Under the pieces are notes generated by a model. The model did not search any database. It had not been told where the DNA came from and saw only the letters and a list, made by a program, of their open reading frames with translations. A stretch of DNA of 64,000 nucleotides. Origin: Candidatus Micrarchaeota archaeon (GTDB lineage: Archaea; Micrarchaeota; Micrarchaeia; Anstonellales; Bilamarchaeaceae). Made by a program: the position numbers and the translations under genes. This document shows, one piece after another, positions 45,284 to 53,910 of this stretch; positions within the stretch are counted from its first letter, which is position 1; each line of letters starts with the position of its first letter. The DNA is taken from contig JBBIHC010000002.1 in the NCBI GenBank assembly GCA_037447235.1, positions 5,951 to 69,950 of the forward strand, given 5' to 3'.

Positions 45284-46474
45284 TCACCACGAGTATTTTT
45301 CCATTTTTAATTCCTGCAATACCATAAGGAGGTTGTACCCCATCATAAGGTACCAGTAGAAGAAGTAATAAAGGATTATCGGTATGATGCTGACTTTCTC
45401 TTTTTCAAAGCTTTTCAGCACGAGCGCCAGCCAGATGACCGAGGCAGCTCCGGCGAAGAACAGCGGGACGGTTATCGGGCTGACCCCAAGCGCCACGCTC
45501 TCAAGCAGGACATACTGGCTGTAATATGGCTTGTTTAACAGCGCATTGACCATAAGTCCGAATACGGTAAAAAAAGCAGCAAGCGTTATGAAATTCAGCG
45601 GGATGAAGAATAAGCCGAAATCACCATACTTTGGATTTATCAGGTGCCGGTAATTCCAGTAATTTCTCACCCCGCCCCTTTGCCACCTAACCCTCTGCCT
45701 GAGCAGGTCTTTGATATTGTCAGGGGGTTCTGTAAATACCTCTGCCTTTACCGAGCTTCTTATCCTGAAATTGTGCTTTTGAAGGCGCAGCGCTATTTCC
45801 TGGTCCTCCACAAGATTGTTTTCGTCAAAACCCCCCACTTCCCTGAAAACGGATGCCCGAAACATTGAAAACGGGCCTGGCGCTACTGGCACTGAATCTA
45901 TGAAACTCAGGAGTTTTCTGGAAAAAATTATCATTAGGTACTCTATCCTCTGCAACTCAACAAGCAGGTTTTTTGATGGTTTTATTTTTATGGCTGGCGT
46001 GACTGCCGCCACCTCGCCATCTTTCCTAAAAAAGGCAAGCAGCTGTTTCAGCGTCTTTGGCATCACCTCGGAATCCGCATCCATTGTCACTATGAATTCG
46101 CCCTTTGCGAGCCCTATGCCGCGGTTCAGCGCAGCCCCCTTTCCGGAATTTTTTTGCGTGAATACCCTTACCCCACGTTCTTCAAATTTTTTTGCTTCGC
46201 TTTGCGTTCGGTCGGTTGAGCCGTCGTCTATGATTATGATTTCAAGTTTTTCCCTTGGGTAATCGAGCTGCAGGAGGGAGCGCAGGCATTTTCCTATGCA
46301 TTTCTCTTCGTTATAGGCAGGGATTATTATGCTGACCAATGGAGCATAATTTTCGTCTATTTCCGGTTCCTCATCATAATTCTTTCTGTATGTAAAAAGG
46401 AGAAGAAAATAGAAAACCACAGTGAATACGGCGAAAAACGCGATGCTGTAGTTGACTATTGTAATGATGTCCAT
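45284..46474 (-). CDS. Family-2 processive beta-glycosyltransferase (cellulose/chitin-synthase-like).
   Basis: IIIPAYNEEK, IIDDGSTD, the DxD motif TMDADS, and QRVRWQRG (Q-x-x-R-W) are all present. TM helices flank the catalytic domain. Confidence 0.7.
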   Translation of the reverse strand: MDIITIVNYSIAFFAVFTVVFYFLLLFTYRKNYDEEPEIDENYAPLVSIIIPAYNEEKCIGKCLRSLLQLDYPREKLEIIIIDDGSTDRTQSEAKKFEERGVRVFTQKNSGKGAALNRGIGLAKGEFIVTMDADSEVMPKTLKQLLAFFRKDGEVAAVTPAIKIKPSKNLLVELQRIEYLMIIFSRKLLSFIDSVPVAPGPFSMFRASVFREVGGFDENNLVEDQEIALRLQKHNFRIRSSVKAEVFTEPPDNIKDLLRQRVRWQRGGVRNYWNYRHLINPKYGDFGLFFIPLNFITLAAFFTVFGLMVNALLNKPYYSQYVLLESVALGVSPITVPLFFAGAASVIWLALVLKSFEKEKVSIIPIILYYFFYWYLMMGYNLLMVLQELKMEKYSW

Positions 46475-46488
46475 CCGCTATCATCTGC

Positions 46489-47364
46489 TCATATTCCGAA
46501 AAGCAGGTTTTTTGAGAAGAATATGGCAAGCAGCATGCCGCTGAGAAGGAAGGGCACGAAAGGAGGCAGATTGGCGTATATCCATAGCGTTTCCAGGCCG
46601 CTTTCCTTCAGTCTTGCGAGCTCCTCTGTAGTTACCAGCCTTTTTATGCCGTAGTCGCGCACTACCTTTGGGTCAATGAGCTCTATCGCGACAACATCCT
46701 CCGCCTCTATCCTATCCAGCGGAAGCTCCTCTGCCAGCATGAGCGTGATGTCCTGTTTGTACACCATGAAAAATATCGTCGCAAGGAGCAGGATGGAAAC
46801 AATCCCAAGATAAACAGGCGAGAAGACCGGGGAATTCACATAAACGTATATGAAAAATATGAAAGGAATTATCAAAAGAAGGTAAAGCAGGTTTGGGGAG
46901 CCGCCCTGCGACATTATTTTTGTTGCGAATTTTATCGTTGCATAGATGGTGAAGAGCAGGCCCGCGTATATCATTGCCGGTATTATGAAAGGCAGATTGA
47001 ATGAAAGGCCTGCAAATGAAGGCACGAACGGCACAAGAAGCATCATGGCCGCCATCGTGATTACATCAGCGCCGCCTATCTGGCCCATCCTGTAAAAGAC
47101 ATAACCAATTGCAGCTATGAAGAGTGCCGCGCCAAATGTGAATATGAGCACGTCAAAGTCCGGCTGGAAAAGGTAGGAAGCGATGTTTGTTACTATCGCC
47201 AGCCCCAAAAAGCCGTATAATACCCTATCCGGCACGTTTTTCCTGTTGAACAGGTCGTAATACGCGACAACCAGCACTCCGGCAAAAGCAAGAATCAGGC
47301 GTATCGTCTCGCCTGCGACTGGAACATTGCTGAATAAGATTCGCTCTATCAGCCCTTCAAACAT
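46489..47364 (-). CDS. Prepilin/preflagellin peptidase (A24 family, PibD/FlaK-like).
   Basis: A polytopic membrane protein with the first catalytic Asp in AYYDLFNRKN and the second in the GxGD-type motif GQIGGADVITMAAMM. Confidence 0.55.
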   Translation of the reverse strand: MFEGLIERILFSNVPVAGETIRLILAFAGVLVVAYYDLFNRKNVPDRVLYGFLGLAIVTNIASYLFQPDFDVLIFTFGAALFIAAIGYVFYRMGQIGGADVITMAAMMLLVPFVPSFAGLSFNLPFIIPAMIYAGLLFTIYATIKFATKIMSQGGSPNLLYLLLIIPFIFFIYVYVNSPVFSPVYLGIVSILLLATIFFMVYKQDITLMLAEELPLDRIEAEDVVAIELIDPKVVRDYGIKRLVTTEELARLKESGLETLWIYANLPPFVPFLLSGMLLAIFFSKNLLFGI

Positions 47365-47426
47365 AATATCCCCGATGTATTCTTATGTCGGAATTAATAA
47401 AAATGTGCTGGATGCGGGGGGCATTG

Positions 47427-47771
47427 CTATTCCATAAGGTTCTTCAGCGTCTCGCTTGTAAAGTCGTTTGAAAGCGCCTGGTCAAGGCCGGGTATGCCTG
47501 TTTCCAGGTTCGCCCCAAGTTGCTGGGTTGCGGACTGCCCCTGCTCGCCTGCCGCGGCCGCCTTCTCCACCACAGCAAAATCTATCTGCAGCATATTGCC
47601 GCATAGCGGGCATTTTCCAACCGCCGTCATCTGCTGGAGCTCTATATTGCCGTTGAAAACAAAATTCATCTCAGTACCGCATTTGAGGCATTTCACATTT
47701 CTTTTAAGGTCCATACGATCGCCTTGTATCGCCATCTCGCAAACAGAATAAAAACATTTCTGTTTTATCAA
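47427..47771 (-). CDS. Zinc-ribbon protein.
   Basis: A 114-aa protein with CLKCGTEMNF...CPLCGNM (CxxC...CxxC). Confidence 0.4.
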   Translation of the reverse strand: MIKQKCFYSVCEMAIQGDRMDLKRNVKCLKCGTEMNFVFNGNIELQQMTAVGKCPLCGNMLQIDFAVVEKAAAAGEQGQSATQQLGANLETGIPGLDQALSNDFTSETLKNLME

Positions 47772-47839
47772 ATTTAGCCGGCCGTTTAAGCCATTGATAT
47801 TTAATAAAATTTAAATATTTAATGATTTATTAAATAGCC

Positions 47840-48928
47840 ATGGCAGGCAGGAAAATCAGATGCGCGGTTGTGGGGGTCGGCAATTGCTTTGCCGGTCTGG
47901 TGCAGGGGATAGAGTATTACAGGCAGCATCCAGAGATGGAAATCATCGGAGTGATGCATCCCGAAATAGGCGGGTATTCAATACACGACCTGGAGTTCGT
48001 CGCCGCCTTTGATGTTGACAGCAAAAAGGTCGGGCGGCCGCTCAGCGAGGCGGTTTATGCAGAGCCGAACAAGGTCAGATGGGTGCCAGAACTCAGCCGG
48101 ATGCATGATGTGATAGTAAAGCAGGCGCCGCGCCTTGACGGCATCGGGCATTATGTTGAAAAGGTGGTGGTGCCGGTTAAGGACCGCCCGATTGAAGAGC
48201 TCAGAAAGGAGATTCTGGAAGAATTGAAAAACAAGAATGTCGGGATACTCGTTTCCTATCTTCCCGTTGGCTCGGATAATGCGACTAAATTCTGGGCGCA
48301 GGTTTGCCTTGATGCAAGAATAGCTTTTGTGAACTGTATGCCGAGCTTCATTGCTTCCGACCCGGAATGGGCAGAAAGGTTCAGGAAGGCAAACATCCCT
48401 GTCATCGGAGATGATATAAAGGGCCAGGTCGGTGCCACTATAGTCCACCGCGCGCTTGCCAGATTGTGCGACGACCGCGGCACCCGCATAGAAAGGACAT
48501 ACCAGATAAATGTCGGCGGGAACACAGACTTTCTTTCTATGAAAGAGCAGGAAAGGCTGCATTCCAAGAGGATATCAAAAACAGAAAGCGTGCAGTCGCA
48601 ACTGCGGCAACGCTTACCGGATGATGCGATTTATGTTGGCCCATCTGACTTCATTCCGTTCCTGGGCAACACCAAGCTCATGTTCATGCGCATAGAGGGC
48701 AGGATGTGGGCGAATATCCCGTACAATATGGAGGTCCGGCTTGAGGTTGACGACAAGGCAAATTCAGCAGGCATAGTGATTGATGCGATAAGGCTGGCAA
48801 AGCTCGCCCTAAACAAGAATATTGGCGGCCCGGTCATTGCCGCATCGGCTTATCTTATGAAGCATCCTCCGGTGCAGATGAGCGATTCCGAGGCAAGAAA
48901 GGCCCTGGATGATTTCATAAGGGGCTAG
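47840..48928 (+). CDS. ino1: Myo-inositol-1-phosphate synthase, archaeal-type.
   Basis: Rossmann motif AVVGVGNCFAGLVQG. The conserved SAGIVIDAIRLAKLAL and the signature ASAYLMKHPP (SAY-F/L-MK-x-PP) are present. Confidence 0.75.
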   Translation: MAGRKIRCAVVGVGNCFAGLVQGIEYYRQHPEMEIIGVMHPEIGGYSIHDLEFVAAFDVDSKKVGRPLSEAVYAEPNKVRWVPELSRMHDVIVKQAPRLDGIGHYVEKVVVPVKDRPIEELRKEILEELKNKNVGILVSYLPVGSDNATKFWAQVCLDARIAFVNCMPSFIASDPEWAERFRKANIPVIGDDIKGQVGATIVHRALARLCDDRGTRIERTYQINVGGNTDFLSMKEQERLHSKRISKTESVQSQLRQRLPDDAIYVGPSDFIPFLGNTKLMFMRIEGRMWANIPYNMEVRLEVDDKANSAGIVIDAIRLAKLALNKNIGGPVIAASAYLMKHPPVQMSDSEARKALDDFIRG

Positions 48929-48953
48929 GCTAAAAACAACCGCCGGGCAGCCG

Positions 48954-49232
48954 TTAGAATTTTGGCATTATGTCCGGTTTCTCGTCAGTCAAATTGTTGA
49001 AGTACGGCTGCCAGCTTATAACATATCCCACATAAGCCGCGATTATCCTGTTTAATATCTCAATCCTCTTCCCCAGCACGAGTACCGCCAGGAACTGGAG
49101 GGAGTAGCAGGCTTGCGCTATCATCCCGAACAGAATCATGATCAGGCCTATCACTATGTAGTATATAAACCGGACGAATAACTCTATCCTGCTGGCGCTC
49201 TCCTCAAAAGGAAGCTCAACCTCAACTTTCAT
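48954..49232 (-). CDS. Small membrane protein.
   Basis: A 92-aa protein with two hydrophobic helices. Confidence 0.3.
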   Translation of the reverse strand: MKVEVELPFEESASRIELFVRFIYYIVIGLIMILFGMIAQACYSLQFLAVLVLGKRIEILNRIIAAYVGYVISWQPYFNNLTDEKPDIMPKF

Positions 49233-49243
49233 ACTTCATAACC

Positions 49244-50659
49244 TCATTTTTTCCTTTTAATCAAATCAACAAATAACTGCAACAGCAATCTTGCGCCGGT
49301 CCCGCTCGCGCCCTTTTCCAGATACGGGTGTTGCGCGTTTATCAGGTCAACGCCTGCAATGTCAAGATGCGCCCATCTGCTCTCGCCCACGAATTCTTTC
49401 AAAAAGGCCGCGCCTGTTATCGAGCCTGCTTCGCCGGTATCGCTTATGTTCTTTATGTCGGCTATCTCGGACTTCATCATCTCGCCGTATTCCTTCCAAA
49501 TCGGGAAAGGCCACACCCTCTCAAAAGTTTCGTTGCCAGCTTTTTGCAGCATTTCTGAAAGCCCGCTGTCATTGCTGAAGAGCCCTGCAGCGTGCCTGCC
49601 CAATGCGACTATTATTGCCCCGGTCAGAGTTGCCACATCTATGATGTAATCAGGCTTTTGTTCAGCGGCGTAAGCGAGCGCATCGGCAAGTATCAGCCTG
49701 CCTTCCGCATCAGTGTTAAGCACTTCTATGGTCTTGCCGTTGTATGCTTTCCAGATGTCGCCCGGCTTCTGCGCGCTGCCTGAAGGCATGTTCTCTGCAA
49801 GCGGCAGGACTGCGATGAGCCGCATCGGGAGCTTCAGCTCCGCCGCCCCCCGTATGGCCGCCAGAGCCGCAAGCGCGCCAGACTTGTCATACTTCATCTC
49901 GTGCATTTTTGCCGATGGTTTTATTGATATGCCTCCGCTGTCAAAAGTGATGCCTTTTCCTACCACCGCGCAAAACGGCTTCGCCGCTCCTTTGTACTCA
50001 AGCACCACAAGCCTTGGCGGGTTTGCGCTGCCGGAGCCTACTGCCAGCAGGGCATTCATCTTCATCTTCCTCAGCTCCTTATCGTTGAAAATCCTTGCCT
50101 TTAATCCGTATTTCTTTGCCAGCGCTGAAGCCTCTTTGGCGATGAAGTCCGGAGTTGCTATGTTCGCCGGCAGCTCATTCAGTTCTCTGAGGTAATTCTG
50201 CGAGACGGCAAATATCCTTCCAGCCCTTGCTTCTTCGCTTACATCCTCCGCAGTCACGAGCGTTATGCTGTCCAGCATTTTTTCTTCGGGTTTTGACTTG
50301 AACCGCAGGCACTTGTAATCCGCCAGCACTGCCCCTTCAACGAGCAGCCTCGCCGCTTTGTTCATCTTTGGCACTACAATCCCGACAGCGTTGTATTTCA
50401 GCGATTTGGCAAGCCTGACTGCAGCACCGCCTGCCCTTCTAAGAAAGTCCTGCTCAAATTCATCTTTTTTGCCCAATGAGAAAAAGGCTATCCTCTTGTA
50501 TGGTCTGCCGGTTACCGCCGATGAGTAGAGCGTGCAGGCCTTCCCCTCAAATGTCCTGGTATCGTTTTTCAGTGCATTGAATTCCGGCGGAAAATCTTTT
50601 TCAAAGCCGACAAAAACCAGCAGGTCGCCTTCAAAATGCCTTTTTGCTATAACATCCAT
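49244..50659 (-). CDS. pepA: Leucyl aminopeptidase (M17).
   Basis: The M17 signature NTDAEGRLILADAL is present. The 471-aa length fits. Confidence 0.8.
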   Translation of the reverse strand: MDVIAKRHFEGDLLVFVGFEKDFPPEFNALKNDTRTFEGKACTLYSSAVTGRPYKRIAFFSLGKKDEFEQDFLRRAGGAAVRLAKSLKYNAVGIVVPKMNKAARLLVEGAVLADYKCLRFKSKPEEKMLDSITLVTAEDVSEEARAGRIFAVSQNYLRELNELPANIATPDFIAKEASALAKKYGLKARIFNDKELRKMKMNALLAVGSGSANPPRLVVLEYKGAAKPFCAVVGKGITFDSGGISIKPSAKMHEMKYDKSGALAALAAIRGAAELKLPMRLIAVLPLAENMPSGSAQKPGDIWKAYNGKTIEVLNTDAEGRLILADALAYAAEQKPDYIIDVATLTGAIIVALGRHAAGLFSNDSGLSEMLQKAGNETFERVWPFPIWKEYGEMMKSEIADIKNISDTGEAGSITGAAFLKEFVGESRWAHLDIAGVDLINAQHPYLEKGASGTGARLLLQLFVDLIKRKK

Positions 50660-50716
50660 GAAACCACGGATTCCTATATGCTTTTAATTTTAAAAGTTTA
50701 GCTGTGAAGCTAGATT

Positions 50717-51592
50717 ATGGAAAAAAAGCCAGACATTCGCTTTGGGCCTGCCGGCATACCCATACAATGCGATGGAAGAAGCACGCTTGAAGGGGTAAAA
50801 TGCTGCGCACAGCTCGGCCTTCGCGCGATGGAGATGGAGTTTGTTCAGGGCGTGAGGCTGAAAGAAAAGGATGCCGAAATAATAGGGAAAGCAGCAGAAG
50901 AGGCTGATGTCTCCCTTTCATCGCACGCGCCTTATTTCATAAATTTCTGCTCAAAGGAAAAAATCAAGGTGGCAAACAGCATAAGGAATCTATTTCAATC
51001 GGCAGTAATAACCGCGGCAGCAAGGGGCAGGATAACGGTTTTCCATCCCGGTTTCTACCAAAAACAAAGCCCTGAAGAGGCATATGCGGCCGCCAAAAAA
51101 AACCTGCTTGAAGCTTATGAAAAGATACGGTCTGCAAAAGCAGGCAAGGTAATCCTTGGCGCTGAGACAGTGGGCAAGAAAAGCGCGTTCGGCGGCTTCC
51201 ACGAAGTTGTCAGGCTTGCGGCAGAGCTTGATTTCGTGCAGCCCGTCCTTGATTTTGCCCATATGCACGCCAGAAGGGATTTCCTGATAAGGAATGAAGA
51301 GGACTACAGGAGAATTTTCGGCATTCTTGAAAATGAGCTTGGGGGCTATGTGAATCATTTTCACTCGCATTTCTCGGAGATAAAATACAGCGACAAGGGC
51401 GAGCTTTCCCACCTGCCGCTCGGCACCAATAACGAGCCGCCGATAGAACCGCTGCTCCGCGTTGTCGCGGAGAATGGCTACAGCGGGGCCATCATATGCG
51501 AGACGCCCAAACTGGACATAGACGCGCAAAAAATGCAGAAGATCTATGAGAAGCTGCACGGTGAAGAAGATGGCAAAAAGAAAAAAGGATGA
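50717..51592 (+). CDS. nfo: Endonuclease IV-type AP endonuclease (xylose-isomerase-like TIM barrel).
   Basis: SSHAPYFINFCS, VFHPGFY and HFHSHFSEI match the Nfo metal-binding His/Glu blocks. Confidence 0.6.
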   Translation: MEKKPDIRFGPAGIPIQCDGRSTLEGVKCCAQLGLRAMEMEFVQGVRLKEKDAEIIGKAAEEADVSLSSHAPYFINFCSKEKIKVANSIRNLFQSAVITAAARGRITVFHPGFYQKQSPEEAYAAAKKNLLEAYEKIRSAKAGKVILGAETVGKKSAFGGFHEVVRLAAELDFVQPVLDFAHMHARRDFLIRNEEDYRRIFGILENELGGYVNHFHSHFSEIKYSDKGELSHLPLGTNNEPPIEPLLRVVAENGYSGAIICETPKLDIDAQKMQKIYEKLHGEEDGKKKKG

Positions 51593-52511
51593 AAGCACGG
51601 CAAACCGGAATGAGAAAAAAGAAGAGCTTCTGGTTGATTACTTTGAGAATGCTTCGGCCTTTTTTGGTGAGAGGAAAAGCAGGTTGCACGAGCTTGAAAA
51701 GCACTATAACGAATCATACTCCCGGGACATCAAGGACGAGATGAACATAATCAAAGAAGAGATAAAAAAGAAACGCGCCGAGTTTGTTGATAAAATATAC
51801 GAAAACTCAGAAGAACTCCGATATCTGAAAAAATATTTTCCGGATTTTTTCGCCATTCTGCTTGAAGAGCCTGAGATTGGCAAGATAATTAAAAAGCACG
51901 ATCTGCTTTTTGACAACCTGGAATTCCCGCAGCCAGCGCGGCGTTTGATGGAAATAAGAAGAGCCAGAATGCAGCTAAAAGATGCAATAAAGTTTCTTGA
52001 AAAATGGCCAAGCATCATAAAAAAGAAGCAGTTAACAGCTACTTATCCGCTGCTTGAAGGGGAAATAACCAGGGATATGGAAAGCTCGGAAGCAGTTGAA
52101 AAACTGAAGGAAATGGACCGGGCATTGAAAAGGGAGGGGTGGAAGGCCATAATCAGCGATTTGGCATTGTTGAGGCAGGTCGCAGAGCGTTATGTCCAAA
52201 AACGGAAGAAACTCGACATTGAGATCCTACAACTATCCAATATTTACGAAGATGCCAAAGGCAAGGGCACTGTTGCTGAGTACAATGCCCTCAAAAGGCT
52301 TGAGAACGCCAAAAAGAAAAGAGAGAAGCTGGATAGATTCATAAGAAGGCTTATGCTCGCAAACACGGCATTTCTGGATAGCCTGAAGAAAAGCAGAAAC
52401 TGGTTAAGCCGCTCTAAGAAAAGCGAATTGGAAAAAATCGCAGAGAGCGTGGCGTCAAAAAAAATAAGGGAAAAAATCTGGCTTGAATGGATGCGCAGAA
52501 AACTTGCCTGA
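51546..52511 (+). CDS. Hypothetical K/E-rich coiled-coil protein.
   Basis: A 321-aa, highly charged helical protein. The true start is probably MAKRKKDE near 51568. Confidence 0.35.
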   Translation: MRSCTVKKMAKRKKDESTANRNEKKEELLVDYFENASAFFGERKSRLHELEKHYNESYSRDIKDEMNIIKEEIKKKRAEFVDKIYENSEELRYLKKYFPDFFAILLEEPEIGKIIKKHDLLFDNLEFPQPARRLMEIRRARMQLKDAIKFLEKWPSIIKKKQLTATYPLLEGEITRDMESSEAVEKLKEMDRALKREGWKAIISDLALLRQVAERYVQKRKKLDIEILQLSNIYEDAKGKGTVAEYNALKRLENAKKKREKLDRFIRRLMLANTAFLDSLKKSRNWLSRSKKSELEKIAESVASKKIREKIWLEWMRRKLA

Positions 52512-53021
52512 TTATTTTTTCTGAAGGGCCTTTCTTATGCTCTGCTTGTCGTTTTCCCCATATGCGGGGTTTTTTTCTATTACCTCGTGAAAGAAATCCC
52601 TCAGCATGCTTATCGTTTTTTGCTTGTTTGCGGCATACGCTTTTTTTATGTATGCCGCGCTTATCTGGTTTCCTTCAAGCAGATAACATACCGCCAGGTA
52701 AAAATTGGCTTCCTGGTCGTTCGGTTCCATTTCCAGGCAGGAAAGGAATCTCGCCTTTGCATTTTCGGTGTCAAGCATCTCAAGGTATGCCAGACCGTCA
52801 AGAAGCATGGAATCGCAGTTTTTTCTTATTGAAAGCGACCTCTCAAAATGCTCGTGGGCCAGCTCGTAATTTCTCATCCGCATTGCTATGATTCCGAGTA
52901 GGTACCAGGCCATGCCGTCTTTGCTGTCTTTCAGTATGCAATCGTCAAGCTTTTTTTTGGCTTCCCCATATTTTCTCTTGGCAAGAAGCGCCTTTATCCG
53001 TGCCTCTTCGGTTTTTTCCAT
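52512..53021 (-). CDS. TPR-repeat protein.
   Basis: Tandem TPR-like helices, for example AWYLLGIIAMRMRNYELAHEHFERSL and ANFYLAVCYLLEGNQISAAYIKKA. Confidence 0.6.
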   Translation of the reverse strand: MEKTEEARIKALLAKRKYGEAKKKLDDCILKDSKDGMAWYLLGIIAMRMRNYELAHEHFERSLSIRKNCDSMLLDGLAYLEMLDTENAKARFLSCLEMEPNDQEANFYLAVCYLLEGNQISAAYIKKAYAANKQKTISMLRDFFHEVIEKNPAYGENDKQSIRKALQKK

Positions 53022-53465
53022 GCAATTGTTATTTCCAGCATTCTTTAAAAATTATTCTTAATATGATAACATCCGGATATTGCCCGGATATGCGGCCGAA
53101 GCAGGAGACGGCGCCGGCGCAAGCCAAGGTTTATAAAGTGTTTCATTTATATATTTGTATGTAAGTGGAAAAATGTGGTAGTATGTTCATTCAAAGGAAG
53201 AAAGAGAGGCAGCAGTCGCAGTTGCCTGGCGTGCTGTTAGTAGACTATATGAATGAGCGGGAAACTGCAAGGCAAACCGGCATAAGCGTCAGGTGTGCGC
53301 TGGGGCTTCCGGAAGCCGCTAGAAACGCCGGAAGCGCAAGCCTGTTTTTGGCTGCCGCAAAGAACGCCGAGAAGCGCAACCTCCACGAACTTCCGCGTAA
53401 TCTTCTCCGTTTGATTAAGGAGCTTGCCTAAGGCAGAAGTTTTAAACTTATTTCTTTTCAATTAG

Positions 53466-53906
53466 TTGATTATGGCAGAGCGCTTCGGCATAGTTAGAAC
53501 TAAGCCCGAGCCATACCGGGCACTTGAATCGTTAGAGATCTCCAGGGAGCTCCTGAAAAATGCCGAAAGATATTTTGAGGAAGGAAGATATCCGGATGCC
53601 TATAACGAAGCGCTTGGGGCAATCAGGATGTCGGCCGCGGCTTTGATGTTCATTGACGGCAGGATCGCGCCAACGCTGGAAAGCGCGACCGAATATGTCC
53701 GGGAGTTTTATCCCCAGCTGAATGCCGAGGAATGGAGGCGGCTTGAGCTGAACAGCCCTCAGAATAGGGGGGCGTTTGTCAGGATTATGGACGCATTGGG
53801 CGTAAAAAAAACGGACGAGAGCACCGAGGCTGGCAATGCCGTGACGCTTGCCAGATATTTTGTCGCATATGCAGACAAAGCGGTTGGCGGCGGCTTTTTA
53901 GAGTGA
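53466..53906 (+). CDS. HEPN-like helical protein.
   Basis: A 146-aa all-alpha protein (EEGRYPDAYNEALGAIRMSAAALM...). The assignment is weak. Confidence 0.3.
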   Translation: MIMAERFGIVRTKPEPYRALESLEISRELLKNAERYFEEGRYPDAYNEALGAIRMSAAALMFIDGRIAPTLESATEYVREFYPQLNAEEWRRLELNSPQNRGAFVRIMDALGVKKTDESTEAGNAVTLARYFVAYADKAVGGGFLE

Positions 53907-53910
53907 GCTT

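Noticed and set aside
53165-53431. An 88-aa ORF upstream of the HEPN-like gene as a possible MNT-type nucleotidyltransferase antitoxin partner.
   Set aside because: It lacks the GS-x(n)-D-x-D nucleotidyltransferase motif. The composition is Arg/Ala-rich and looks like intergenic translation.
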